From Eledone cirrhosa (Eukaryota): a DNA stretch of 64,000 nt. Positions 42,121-55,852 of the stretch are shown in pieces. The DNA is taken from NCBI GenBank assembly GCA_964016885.1, contig OZ024746.1, positions 64,046,001-64,110,000 of the forward strand, read 5' to 3'. The position numbers were made by a program, and so were the translations under genes. The notes under the pieces were generated by a model that worked only from the letters and a program-made list of their open reading frames with translations, had not been told where the DNA came from and ran no database searches. Position 1 is the first letter of the stretch. Each line of letters begins with the position of its first letter.

Positions 42121-42669
42121 TATATTTTCTTTAATATTGCAACATTAAAGGAATATATCCTTCTGAAAGAATCGCGAGCTATTTATAATGTTATTTAAAC
42201 ATTTATAATGTTATTTATGTCTATATTTAAAACATATTTGTTATGTTATTCTACTGTAAATTTATATGCTTTGTATATATCACATGTGTTTATATTTCCA
42301 CTCCCATTTGTAACGTTATTTAATAATATATAACTAATAAATTTTCAAGTTTTTAACTGGAGTGGGAGCGTTTAACCACGAAAAAAACCCAGAAAAAACA
42401 AATTCAACCACGAAAGCGAGATGGGTGTAATATTCCCTTCCAAATACAAGAAAACAGAAGATAGATTTATAGTTCAACATATATCTCGCGCTCAGTAGGA
42501 AGTTTTTTCTTGGTCTTTCTGTATGTGTGCTTTTATTAAAACGAATATCACCTTTAAACCTTTCGGAAATCACTCGTTTTGGGAAAACAGAGAAGGGAAA
42601 GTTTTCTTTACAATAAATCATTTTCCTTATTTTTTCGTGTGTTATCCGTGGGAAGAGGGAGAGATAACC

Positions 42670-43650
42670 CAAAATTGATGTACTCCTTAAGCCAAATCAC
42701 ATGTTAGTGCTGCAAAGATTGATTGAAGATGTGAAGAGTCACAACAGCAAGGCCACCATTATCTACGTAGACTTCAAGAAAGCTTTTCATATTGTTCACA
42801 GAGAAAAGATGATGACAATTCTAAAAGCTTATGGAATCCCACAAAGATTACTTGAGCAATTAGCAAAATGTACCTGATGGTGATGCCGACTATTTTGAAA
42901 TAATAGCAGGAGTCCTTCAAGGTGACACTCTAGCCCCTTTCCTTTTTCCTATTGTCCTGGACTACGTGATGTGCAAAACAAACGACGACTGAGAAATAGA
43001 GCTTGGCTTCACACTACATAATGAAGCAGAATACATCCTGCAATTACTATTATAGATCTAGACTTGCAGATGATTTGGCCCTGCTAACTGAAGAGATAGA
43101 GCAGACACAAGCGGGGAGCAGCAAAGGTTCGATTGCATTGCAATAGGAAGAAAACAGATTGGCAAGACTTCAATTATGATGCCCCTGTTGACATCACGGT
43201 ACAAACGTGGAGAAACGTTGAAAGTTGTTTTATAGCTTTAAATATCTAGGATCTTGTACCCAAAGACTTCCCAGTAAGAAAAAGCGCTTGTGTGGACAGC
43301 ATGCCATAAATTAAAAAAAAAAATGATATGGAGCTCCAAACTACCAAAAAGACTGAAGGTTAGATTGTTCATTGCTATAGGAGAATCTATTTTACTTTAT
43401 GGGGCACTTATAAAAGCCTTAAAGAAACAACTCCATGGATGCTACACCACAATGCTTAGAATGTCACTCAATGTGCCACAGAGAAGCCATGTAACAAATG
43501 CAGAACTTTATGACGATATTCCAAAAGTTTCATTAAAGAAGGGTTGCAGCTCGCAGGGCGCTACATCAGACAATGATTAGATAACAAACAAATTAGTGCT
43601 TTGGCACAGGAAGAGTGGAATCAATGGAGCGTCCCACTGGACGACCGAGG
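42670..43650 (+). mobile_element. Degenerate RTE-group LINE RT fragment
   Basis: YVDFKKAF, ILKAYGIP, GVLQGDTLAPFLF, ADDLALL, FKYLGS, ESILLYG with many disruptions. Confidence 0.8.
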
Positions 43651-46339
43651 TAGGTCAGAATATAATACGATAAATAGTTTATATAAGGGTTGACGTACAG
43701 AATAATTTTCCATGAAGGAATATGTGTGCTTATGAAAGAACCTTTAAAATAGGATACGGATTAATTACAGCGCCCTTTTTTTTCTTGTTTTGGTTTTTGT
43801 CTCAACACAACTTTTTCTGCATCGCCATACTTTTATTTCCTTCGATACATACATTCTGTATTACAATGAGGGCAGATAACTGTTTTCGACAGAACACTGT
43901 GTGTGAATTCAGAAAAACAATTCTTTTTTCGTTATTATAAAAATTTACAACATATTTGTAGTAATGGAACGTGTACACTTCACACGAAGCCATTTTTGAA
44001 ACTGATAGAATAATGGCTAAGGAGTATGCGTCAAGTAGTTAGCCAGTTGGCTCATGCTTATTAGCCATTATCTTCGCAAGAGCTTGAAAATATTCTCCAA
44101 CATTTTTTTTCTATTGAGGCAGCCAATTTAGAGCAATTCTCTCTCAGATCATCAGCAACACATTAACACTCATGAAGAAATATATTCTGAGATGGATGAC
44201 GAGGAAAGCCCCAGAACTACATAATTTTTATGTGCACCATTATGTTTTTTAAAAATATATTTTGAAATTAATTTCATGTTTAATTATATCAGCATCAGAA
44301 TGGAGCCATTTGAAATATTTAAATGTTTTTTTTTTTAATTTTAAGGATAGTTGGCTGATATGTTTCGTTAAAACCTTGATAAATTAGTCTTTTCTTTCAC
44401 TCCGCCTCCGACATTTGTCGTGAGATACTGTTAACTAAAAAACGAATCAATAGTTTTGTAATTCAGATTCGTTAAAAAAAAAGTAGTGGGAAAAAATTCA
44501 TCCCTAACGTTCCACTAGTCTACTTGTAAAAAAACAACTTCCAAACGGTTTGGAGATCAGATTCGTTGAAAAAACACGAAAACACCTAGAAAAAAATGAT
44601 TGTAAAGAAACTCTTTATTCCCCTCTGTTTAAAAAAAGTGATTTCCGATGGGTTTAGGAGGTGAGATTAGTTGGAAAAACAAAAAATAAGTAAAACCCCA
44701 CCGAACCGGAGACGAGTGTAGAACTACAAATTTACCAAACAGATTTCACCCCCAGCGCTAGACAGGTGTAAAAAAAAAAAAAAAATGACCGCAAATGTTT
44801 TTGATACCCACTTTCACCTTCACAACAAATTGTTTTCACCCAATTTCTACCCACAAAGAAATTATTCAACAAGGCGAGGCAGTCGGAACTCAGAAAAGGA
44901 AGAAAATCTTGCTTAAGGCTATAATACTTTCTCATTTCATTCATTTTAATTTACTTTTATTTTATTGTCTGTTATTTTTTAAATAGTTAAATCAAAACAC
45001 TCCTAAAATATATTTTTGTTAAAGAAACGCATTTTTTTTCTAACTGGCAAAATACTTTAATTATAAAGTATCTGTAAATTCTAACTTTCGTCACAATAGT
45101 TAAGTTTACTAGCTAACCTCAGTGGAATTTCTTCTACGGTTTAATTAAAAACAAGCACCAAGCAAAAGCCATTTCAAATGTTTTATTTCTAAGTTACACA
45201 CCCACACAAATATCATCTGGGATTTGTAAAAGTCGGCGTTGCTGCTACCACTACTAACATCTCTCTTTCTCTCACATACATCATCGTCTTTCCATAAAGA
45301 CTTGTTACAGCTTTAGATTAAAAGAGGTTTTTCAGCGTTGCTACTACCACCAACGATCGCTCTCTTTCGCTCATTTATACCATTTCCTTTTGAATGTAAC
45401 CGGCGTTTTACACGAAATAGACAAGGGTCTTAATGTAATAAATACTATGAATAGATACTTCTTCAGAAACGTTATCGTTTATTGCATGTATATTCAGCAA
45501 GCCACATTTTCACAATCGGTGATTTAAGAGTCAATAAGATTTTGAGCCAATTAATTTAAAATGTATTTCATCGGATGCCTGGAAAACACCCAAAACCTTT
45601 CAGTTTGATTCATATTTTATTATGAAGGCTGTTTTACAAGAAATATATTTTTTAATCCAACAACAACAAATAAACACTTTGATGGAAAATGAAGTTTGGA
45701 ATATTGTTTTGTTACGTTGTTTGAAATCAATTATTTCCTATTGAGGAAACAGCTCAAACCTTTACGATTTATTATTAATTTGGTATAACTAGTTTAGTGC
45801 ATTGATCCGACTTTGTTTCTTTATAACATTCTTAATAATGCATAGTTTTAAATGAAACTTTACAGCGGTACATTTTCCAAGGCGTAGATCATGATTATGG
45901 TAATGAAATTTTAAAGGAAAAACGTATTTTTTTCGTAGTTCATAATTTGAGAAATGATATTAAATTTCTTTAGAATATCTTATACGCTGACTTAAAGTAT
46001 ATAGATTGCGATTATGATAATTCCAACAGGGGTGGATGAAGCCCTGTTACAGTGAAGGGAACTAGGTTTGTCAGTTCCTGATACAGGGCAAGATAAATTG
46101 AATCAAAGAGTCTGGGACAAATTACGTTCAAGACACTTTCAAATTTCCCTGATTAATCTGATCAATTCTAAGGGTACCGTTTAATTTTCGCGAATGCTAA
46201 ATTGGGGGCGGAGCCAACCTCACTCCTATGCTGTGGTCCCTGGGATAACATTTGTTATAATGGGATAGTTAATGAGGCTCCGTGTATGAAAATATATGTT
46301 GATGAGCGATAATAATATACTTACACATATATGCCATAA

Positions 46340-46940
46340 CTGTTCAGCGCGTATTTGCCGGCCATCAGACATGAACAAGGGCCAAGTTCTCGAGGCACTG
46401 GGTTGATGCTTTGCCCATGGCTAACATCGATCGCCTATCCAGTCGGGATGAGCGCCATATTTCCATTGTGCTCAGTCTGTGGTAGGCCTCATGAATAGGG
46501 ATCTTTTCACGATTGTTCTGTTGTCTGAACACAAGTTGCTTTGCTCGAGTCAATATCCCTCAATTTTTGAGCCACCCAAATTGTCCCGTGTTAAGGAGCT
46601 AGCTGGTCGAACCCTTTGCCACTCGGTAAGAGCTAGATGTCTAATTTGGAGCACCATAGTTCGCAACTTTTTTACTTCTATCCACTTCCTGGATGCTGCG
46701 GCGAGAGTGACTGCAGCCATTGTTGAACGGAATAGAATTTTTTAAATTTCAGAAATTATCGACAAAATATTTTTCTTAGCTTGTGGCTTTTAAGACGTTT
46801 TTTGGCCGCTAACAATGAAGTTTTTATCATTGTTTGCGGCTCGCTTTATCGATGTATCAGGTGATACCTGCGAGGGTATTTGGTTATCTCAGTCTCTTAG
46901 CAATGCTACGAATGTATTGACTTGCCTCAGAAATTATTAG
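46340..46940 (+). mobile_element. Highly degenerate CRE-like fragment
   Basis: WVDALPMANI, HFLDAA, VAF.TF motifs colinear with the 41204 ORF. Confidence 0.65.
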
Positions 46941-47834
46941 AGGAAGGCACCTCTTGTGGCGTATTATTGATTGTGCGTGTCTTCTACCACTTTATAAAAA
47001 ATAAAAAAAATTGTGTTTATTTGTATGCAATCTATTGAAATAAAGTTGACATAATGTAAATCTTGCTACCAAAATAAAATAAAAATTAACCCTTTTTAAA
47101 ATTCTATTTTTATTATGTTGTGTGACGATCATGATCAGAGTTATTTTCTTTCGGAATAAAGTTGAAAAAAAAAAAAGAATATATCCCAGGCCGGAGTTTG
47201 TCAGTTTTATTGGAATTAAGCAACCGAGAGTACAAGACATATAGGATATCATTTCATTGCATGGTTAACCGGCCCAGTTAAGTTGACTGGAACAAAATAA
47301 AATGAAAATTTCACCAACATAATTGTAATTTATATCTTAGAAAATGTATCTGCATATGAAGTTCAGATATAAAATATAAGCTTAAAAAGAATTTATTATA
47401 TCAAATAAACAAAATTTTTAATTTTTAGCAAATGGATGTAAATATCGAACGAACAAAATTCAGTACCGATTGCAACTTAGGGTCTATATACATTCATATA
47501 AATATATGCATATAAATAAACATGTAAAAATATGTATTATACATATGTATGACTTGTTAGTAGGATTTTCTTTGTTTTTTAATTGGGAAAAGGTAGGGGG
47601 GGGCACAAAAGGTGGTTTGTTCACCGTTCCTGAAAAATTGGAAGGGACTTGTCCCCTGGAACCCCCCCCCCCCACTCCCTGACTGAAACAAGGCTTTTGC
47701 TCTTTTGGGGTACGGGATATGCAATCTTTGTGTGTCCACCCCTCGCTTCCCAGGACAGGTCGCAGGCCCATCGCCAGTTTTTGCGGCCTGAAATGGGACT
47801 GAAAAATATGTTCATGAATCTTGGGTAATAACCG

Positions 47835-48255
47835 AAAGAATACGATCGTGAATACAAGTAGCCGAAATGGGGTTCCTACGAAGGGTCTTTGGAGTAAGAT
47901 TACTCGATTGAGTGCGTAGCTTGGAGATTAGAGAGTCACTTCAGGTAGAGTCGCTACTTCTCCGAATTGAAAGATCACAGCTCCGATGATACTTCGGGCA
48001 TGTTGTTAGAATGTCAATGTCTCTGGAAAGAATCGCTGGTCAGATTTTACGGGCAAAACCAACCGACAGGAGACCCAGGAGTAGACCCCGAGCAAGATGG
48101 TTGGATAACATCCATGAGCTCGGTTGGTCTCGTTGGGGGATCCAGCCGAATCAGTTGGAGACAGCTGCTTCTGACAAAACTCGCTGGAATGAGTATTTGA
48201 GGACTCTGCCCTCCACGACCCTCTCAGAAATAAGTGGGCGAAGAAGAGATTGAGT
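47835..48255 (+). mobile_element. Rex3-like RTE LINE 3' fragment
   Basis: IQVAEMGFLRRV, IRESLQVESLLLRIERSQLR, GHVVRMS, RRPRSRPRARWLDNI. Confidence 0.75.
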
Positions 48256-49539
48256 ACTAAAATGTAGTTATTCCAATTATTTTACTGCCAATGTCTTATG
48301 TTTCCTTTTCGTACCGGGCGTCGTATCCCCGGTTATCGAACTGCTATTTTCTTCCGTAAAATCGAGGAAGTAGTCCCGTCAGGTGGAATGACTTGCAGCA
48401 GATGTTGCTGGCCATTCCCCGGAACACAGCTGAAACATACCACTCAGAGTGGGTGGGGTGAAGAATCTGTCGCTCCCCCTTTCTTTTGTGGCTTAATTTC
48501 TTTTTCTTTTCATATTCTTATTCATATTGTATAGTTTTATCACGCTTACTCTTTACACAGAAAATAATTTACACTCTAAAAGAGAAGAAAATAAAATGAA
48601 ATTTGGCAGAAATTTTTTTCAAATCTGGAGCTAAATTTGACATTTCTAAATATTATAATTGTCAGTTAGTCCCGTGGTTGTTCAAGTTTCCACTAACGTC
48701 CGCAAAATATACGTGACTCTTTTAAAAGTTGAACTAGGCATGTCATAACAAATAACTGTAATAGTACAAATTTCAAACAACAAATATAAGACAAGCGATA
48801 TTTAAATATATACGACAAAACTTATAATATCGTTGTTTGAAACGATTAAAATAAATTAGAACATTTATTGTCATAAATACTTCCAACACATTTGTTAGGT
48901 AACCAATGAAACATTCTTGACGTTTACTTTTACGTCCAGGGTCAGCTCGAATTGTACAAACTTATGATCAAAGACATTCTAGCCATAACTATACAATCTT
49001 TTTTTTTTTTTTTTTTTTTTTTTTTGCTTTCTCATACACAGTGCATTTTTGGAATACATAAACTAATACAATCTTTATTTTTAATGCAATAGGCTGATTT
49101 GAGATATATTTGGCTACTATTTTTCACAAGTTGAGCAAACACGGGAAAGCTCGTTTTTAGGCTCGCAAACTAATAATATAATGCAGGGTTAGGTATGCTG
49201 ACTATGTTAATGAGATGGAAAGGAAGTGTCTTGCCAGTCAGGGAATGTTGTTGTTTAACTTAACATTAATATTGTAAAATGTTTAGTGAGCTACTAACTA
49301 CTAAATTAGTAATGTTCTTCATAACAAATGAAGCTCCGGAAAGTCACGTTTTGAAAACATTGTTACTGCAGACGTTGTATTTACGTATTTTGTAATAAGT
49401 TCACAAAACTCATTTGATTGCAGAAAACAAATAATTTGTGAAATTAAAGGAAAAACACTAGTTTCTCATCTGGTAGTTTTTGTTTTTACAAATTACAAAG
49501 GTATCATTGTTTTTAGAAGAAAAACACAAATCAGCCAAA

Positions 49540-49830
49540 CAGAACAAAATTCTAATATACCGTGATCTGTCGGCCAACTGCATTTTCCAACCTGTGGCAT
49601 TCGAGACGTTTGGGGGAGTCGGGCTACTGACTGCGAGATTCCTATCTTCACTGGCAGCTCGCCTAACAGATAACTGGTGATGTTAGTGAGGGCGCTTGGT
49701 TGTTCCAAGTCATCACCCGAGTTAACGCTACGAGCGTGCTGGCTTGCCTCAAAAATCATTAGAGATTTCCCCAGTTCTCCCTGCGAAACTGTTATCTTTT
49801 ACTCTGGTAGCGGCTCGGTTGTCCACCCCA
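49540..49830 (+). mobile_element. CRE-like 3' terminal fragment
   Basis: DLSANCIFQPVAFETFGGVG; 3'UTR matches 42047-42115. Confidence 0.8.
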
Positions 49831-50319
49831 TTCGCCTGTCTTTTGTTGTATGTGGTCCTAGATGTTTTTTTTCTTTTCTTTTCTCTTTTCCTTTCTTTTT
49901 TTTTGTTTGTGCTTTCGTTCTGTAAGCATTGTATTATTATTATTATCTGTCCTTTTATACAACAGTGAACAAATCCAGTTACAACATATACTAGACTATT
50001 TACGTGGAATTGCATACCTCAGATTCTAATAAAAATGTTAGTGATTTTGATTTTCCAATAAAATTTATCATAACAAAAAAAAAAAAAAAATACTGAAGAA
50101 ACAAAGTTAAAATGTCTAGCATTTACATGATGTATTCACTAGAGATAGTGAATTGACCAACGGCAAAATGAGAAACGGTAGATAAGTCGTCTTGTATTCT
50201 TACTATAGTTCCGTTCATACCTAGGATGTGTTATAATAGGGTGACTGAAGGCTGTAGGCCCCCAAAATTACTTTTCTATGGCCTACGGCAGAACAATTTT
50301 CTTTTTATTGCGTCATTTC

Positions 50320-51370
50320 TCAATCGAGGGTGAAGCACGTACAAAGTTCTTGTTCCAGACTTTCCGATATCTCATCGCAGCAAGAAGATGCCGTCCATTG
50401 AGGCTAGTGTCTCTCGCCAACAGACTCCTGATGGTTATGTTTGGACGCCCTACTCGGCGCTTTGCATCTGGTATCCAGAGAAGCAGTTCATCATGGCGGA
50501 AAACACAACCAGCATGAGCCAAGCGACGGAACCAAACTTTCAATGAAACTCATGGCAGATCACCTTAAAGAACTTTGTTGATAGTGTGACTTTGCTACGG
50601 AATGTTGAACACTACACATAACATCTTAGTTAGGAACCATCAAGTCTCCTTGAGCGAGCGATACTGAAAGTCCAGAATTCTGAACCATACAGTAAGATGG
50701 TTTCAACCGTAGTTTTCAAGACTTTGCAGTTCGTAGATCTTGGGATGGTTGACTTTCCAGACTTTTTGTAGTGAATTTATTGCACTTCATGCTTGACCAA
50801 TTCTCGTAGCCATATCATATGTAGAGTCAGTATAGCCACCCAGATATTTAAATTTTTGAACCAATTCGATAGGGGAATCGTTAGAAGCATGTAGTGTACG
50901 GGGAGTGGATACATTCAAATGCACGAATTTAGTTTTTGAATCATTGAGAAACAAACCTACCCCTTAGCAGGCGCATGGCTTAGTGGTTAGAGCGTTGGGC
51001 TTGCAGTTGAAGGGTTGTGAGTTCAATTCTCGGACCGGGTGATGTGTTGTTTCCTTGAGCAAGACACTTTATTTCACGTTGCTCCAGTTTACTCAGCTGT
51101 AGAAAGGAGATGATAGGATTGGGGTCCCTATCATTAAATTACCCAAGACACCTCCAACGAGATATACCTTGGAGGAGGCCGGCTAAACCTGCATAGGTGT
51201 GAGCTGTCACACACTTGGCAGGCAGTCTCAACACGATAGAGGAGGTCATGAGCTGATTCGATGGTATCTTTCAGAAGAGCAATGTAATCTGCATAGTCAA
51301 GATCAGGGAACATGATAGCTTGATGACAGTGACTACGACGATCTTGATGGTTATACCGTGAGCTCTGAAT
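50320..51370 (-). mobile_element. Degenerate RTE-group LINE interrupted by a SINE
   Basis: DLDYADYIALL, FKYLGG, ETILLYGSEFW, RLAHAGC...RRVGRP. Confidence 0.78.
50969..51213 (+). mobile_element. CORE-like SINE with an alternative (non-RTE) tail
   Basis: Head and core match the 8497 copy up to GGTCCCTATCATT, then unrelated tail ending CACACAC; CTTAGCAG/CTTGGCAG flanks. Confidence 0.8.
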
Positions 51371-52484
51371 TCAGATCCGTAACCAAATACCACTAACTAT
51401 TTTATCCAAAACACCAACGTTTCTGCCAACCCACCGCCATCTTAACTCAGTATTGCCACTTTTAATACAGAAGAAATAATAAATAAAAAAAATAAACAGA
51501 AAAGAAAAAAAACGAATCTTTCGATATAAGTTTATAAAGTGGCTGACAATAAAATGAAAGTGAATGAATGAAAAATCGTCAATAAAATGAAAGTGATTTT
51601 TTTTTATAGACTAAAATGATAATCGCCAATAAAATGAAACTGAAAGATTTATTGTGAATTGTTTATTGAAGAAATTACTGAAGGTGGAAAACCTAACGTG
51701 CCTGTAATAATCGTGGAAGATTTTACTGAAAGAAACGAGTTTCTTCAAGAGATTCACTAGAAATAACTTGTCATATAGATATAGATTCTAATATTGAGAT
51801 TTTGTATCTGTATAAATAATTCAGAATACAACGATGTGTTGTAATTTCACAAATAGATATTTTAGTTTATGGATTAAAACAAAAATTCACAAATAAATTA
51901 TTCAACATTTGGCGAAAATCGGGTATTTTTAAAAATTTCATATTATTGTCGTCCATTTTTATCTATCTATATTAACAGATTTACGAAAAATTGTATTATT
52001 CATAGAAACAACTACAGGTATGTTTTAGTCTTATTGAACCACCTCAGTGGAGCACCGTACTTCACGGTACTTGCCAAAGTAGTGATGTGAGAACCACCAT
52101 GTATTTGTAGAAGAATGTACATATGTTGGCATAGGAAAAAAAAATCAAAATATTGAGATATTACTGAGAGAGAGAAATTAGCTTCTGGCGAATTATCTCC
52201 GCAATTTCCGTTTCTATTCTTTGCGATTACAAGCAATTCACTTACGTTGCTAATGTCCTGTGAAAGAAGTATAAAGCATGACAACAGCCTACTCCTTCTC
52301 TACCGTAAATCTGGGTCCATATATTTATATAAGAAATCGATATTAACTGAAGTTAACAGCTAGCAGAAATATATTTCGAACATCGAATTTTTTTTAGCCA
52401 AGATACTTCACAAGTGTATAATTTCCATTAATTTTCATTTAAATTTTAATATAAATACGTCGATATTTTACTTAATTCAGTTAC

Positions 52485-52540
52485 CTTGTCCTTTTCAAAT
52501 TATCTAAATTCCATCTCGTCCTCTCCCTCTCCTCGGTCAT
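52485..52540 (-). CDS. Possible first coding exon
   Basis: ATG MTEERERTRWNLDNLKRT then AG|gtaact, beside a CpG-richer non-repetitive segment. Confidence 0.2.
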
Positions 52541-53807
52541 TAAAAAAAACAAAACAACTTCACGATTCCCTATCGTTCTTTATTTATTAAAACTTTAAGC
52601 CAACGGAATTTTTATCTCAGAAAAACAAAACAAATTATTTAAGAATTTAATTTGTTTTATTAAAAACGTATTTCCCATGTAATTCTGTTCATTTGTTGTA
52701 GAAACACACACGCACATCGCGAAATGTTTAGTGCGGCGGAAAACGAGTAAAATGTGTTTTATCACTCAAGATAGAAGCTTTACATTATTTTTTTTTCCAC
52801 CAAAATGAAAATTTTAAAATGTTTTACTCTAGAAACTTTCCTTTCAATCCTCCAAAGAATTGCTCATGCTTCTGAGATAAATCTATGTTCATTTTGAACA
52901 GCAGTTTGTTTATTGATTTTTACTGAAGGAAGGTGTGTTTGTGTATGTATGTTTGTGTGTGCGCAAGTTAATTAAACTAAACTAAGACTTTGTCATATGC
53001 TGCAAAGTCTGACATATTCAAAAAATACTGTAACTATTTTGTTTGAGCATGTGTATTAGTTAGAAAATGTAATATAGACGGGTTATAAGTTTCCTTCCAT
53101 TTAGAAAGAAAAAAAATATGTATTTTTGAATCAAATATTTTCCAGGAAAAGAATGCAATAACATATTGGAGACAATGCATTACTAAAAATATGAAATAGA
53201 TAGAAACTATATTAATAGTACACACCGGATATACACTCTTGTAATATATATATTTGTGTTTGAAATAAAAATATATTAATAGCATTTTCTGAATGTATGC
53301 CTATATATATTGTATCATATTGTAAGCATTGGTACGTCATCAAGACTATCTCCGAATTTGCTTGTGCCACATCCTTGGTAATTAAATTCTGTTAATCCCC
53401 CCTAGGTCTTCTCTAAAAGAAGTTGAAGCTTTTATGAGAAGAGTTTTTTTCTCTTCTTCTCAATATATGAAGATAACGTTCAAAATGAGCGTATGTGTGT
53501 GAGCTTAGTGATTCACTGCTAGATTTCTGATTCTGTACCACAAAGTTAATTCACATTTGGGCCAGTACATCTCACCTACTATATTTGTACTTTATACACT
53601 AGTCAGCCAAGAAGAGATCATTTATTTATACTAGCCATTTCAAATGTTGATTACATGTCCTATTCGGGAGACAGTTCTTTTTTCTAAATTCTGTATTATA
53701 TCTTTTTAACACCAAACATAATTTTATATTGAGGCTGATGGTGGGTGAGATGATCAATTTGTTTTTCAAACTGAACAAAAAAAGGTTAAGAATCAACTGT
53801 ACTATTG

Positions 53808-53935
53808 TGGAGACATGTGACTTAGTGATTAGGCTGTTCAGTTCACGATCGTAAGGTTGTAAGTTCGATTTTTGCCCACACTAGTCAGTATATTGTGTTC
53901 TTGAGCAAGACGTTTTATTTCATATTGCTTCAGTG
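53808..53935 (+). mobile_element. Old diverged CORE-like SINE
   Basis: GTGACTTAGTGATTAGG...GTTCGATT...TTCTTGAGCAAGACGTTTTA. Confidence 0.65.
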
Positions 53936-54021
53936 GTGTGAGGACTTATCACCCCTTTTTACTGTATCAACTATATCACAAATTCTAGTAACTGAACAAA
54001 ATGATCTGTTACTGGAGTCAC

Positions 54022-54084
54022 CTCTCATTTCTCCACACCAGGAAAACGAGAGAGCCATCCTTGTGTATTATACAGTTGTCAAAT
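54022..54084 (-). CDS. Candidate internal exon (phase 2-2)
   Basis: tttgtctgctttttcaagcag| FDNCIIHKDGSLVFLVWRNE |gtgact. Confidence 0.3.
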
Positions 54085-55285
54085 CTGCTTGAAAAAGCAG
54101 ACAAATCTACTTCAGATGGCACCTAATTATTATCATTGGTATTACCGTTTTAATGTACACTTTTCCATCCTGACAATGACTGGACAGGAATTCTTGAGGC
54201 ACCACTTCACGGATGGATACCATTTTTTATTTGTCTCTTACGACATGCAGGGATATGATGTACTTAAGGACACATTAGATAATGTAGTCCTAGTTATACT
54301 TCATCTAGCTTTCATAGTAGCTCTCAACAGTCATTAGACATGGAGTTAAACAGACATTTTTTTTTTTTTTAAACTAAAGTCTGGTGTGGTGACTTTCCAA
54401 AATTGATCTATGGTTAAACAAGACCAACTTTTTAGTAGTCTGGTGTTACATAAAGGCTAAATCAGTAGTGGTGCCACAATAATTCATGAAAAATTATCAG
54501 TTATTTTTTTCCCTCATGCTCTCAGGAATCTTTACTTTTTAAGTGGATAGAGTACCATAAAACTTGTCTAGAAATTGGCAGTTTGTATATTTTTAGCATT
54601 GCACTGTGTATGTGGTCAGATATTTCACTTGCAAATTATCTGCCTTAATAATCACACTAGTATGAAACCATATGTGTTGCTTAACAATACTTATGGGGTC
54701 CTAATAACACTAATATTCCAATTAACAAGAAGTGTATCTAGTTCATTATTTTGTTCAAGCTGCATTGAATTGGGTACAGGGTCAAAATGTCATTGCTTGA
54801 ACATGTTAATGCTAAGAGCAGATGAAAATAATTGTTATAGCTGTCAATCTTGAATGTACTGAGGTTTGGGAAGATGATTAGTGATGGTCTTCTATTTCCT
54901 TGATGCAATGAGTTCAACTTCTCTATTACGGCAGTAATATTAGTGTGATAGCAATGGATCTCCATCAGTTGAGATGATGAATGTTCCTGTTGTTTGATCA
55001 ATGGAACGGCCTGCTCATGAAATTAACATGTTTGTGGCTAAGCACTCCACAGATACATGTATCCTTAATGTAATTCTGATGGAGATTCAACATTATTCAA
55101 GGTCATATTATCATCATCATTGATTTTACATTGTTTTTTTTCTTGTTGGCATAGGTACGAAAGGACTTTTTGAAACAATGTTTTACTGCCAGATACCCCT
55201 TTTGACACTAACCCTTTTAGTTGCTTCTTACAACATACAAAGATATGGTGTACCTATTCTTAACTGGATATACATGGCATATATA

Positions 55286-55545
55286 TCATCATCATCATCA
55301 TCATCATCATTATTTTACGTCCACTTTTTCCCTGCTTGCAAGGGAACTGATTCTGGCTTGATTTTTACAGCTGGATGCCCTTTTAACATCAACCTCATTT
55401 ATAGTGAGTGCTGGCTGCTTTTTTTTCCGTGGCGCCTACACGTCCACTTTACAGTGTGGGCTGGGTGCTTTTTTGCTGTGACACCTCATCTCATTTCTAC
55501 AGCTGAATAAACTGGAGCAATGTGAAATAAAGTGTCTTGCTGAAG
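55286..55545 (-). mobile_element. 5'-truncated CORE-like SINE with RTE tail
   Basis: (CAT)n, RTE 3'UTR, CTCATTTCTACAGCTGA...GTGTCTTGCT. Confidence 0.8.
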
Positions 55546-55653
55546 GAGATTGGAGCACTCGACGAAGTGCACAGGTTGGTTTGGTTACTCCGGAGTAATG
55601 TAAAATAAAATAAAATAAATAAGTCAAATGTTTAAAATTTGGCTTCGTTTTTT

Positions 55654-55708
55654 ACTGCTATATATATTTCGGTGACAGTCATCTTTGGCTGTGACCTCTT
55701 CAGGCAGT
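55654..55708 (-). ncRNA. Type I minimal hammerhead ribozyme (PLE-type)
   Basis: ACTGC-CTGAAGA-GGTCACAGCCAAAGATGACTGTCACC-GAAA-TATATA-TA-GCAGT; homologue of 36911-36966 with compensatory changes. Confidence 0.85.
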
Positions 55709-55794
55709 CCGAATTAGTGTGGTGGAGACGAGTACACATGTTGTTGAGGTGTTTAACTTTGTCAATACTCTGATATGCCCAGTTCCTTGTTGGG

Positions 55795-55852
55795 TTGTTA
55801 TTTCACTGAGGAACTGGAATCATATGATTCCAGTTCCTCAGAGAAATAACAA
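55795..55852. repeat. 58-bp palindrome with one mismatch
   Basis: TTGTTATTTCaCTGAGGAACTGGAATCAT|ATGATTCCAGTTCCTCAGaGAAATAACAA. Confidence 0.92.

Noticed and set aside
55770-55826. SECIS-like hairpin (ATGA, helix, AAA) on the minus strand
   Set aside because: 3' side lacks the GA of the quartet and the 36976 homologue lacks ATGA
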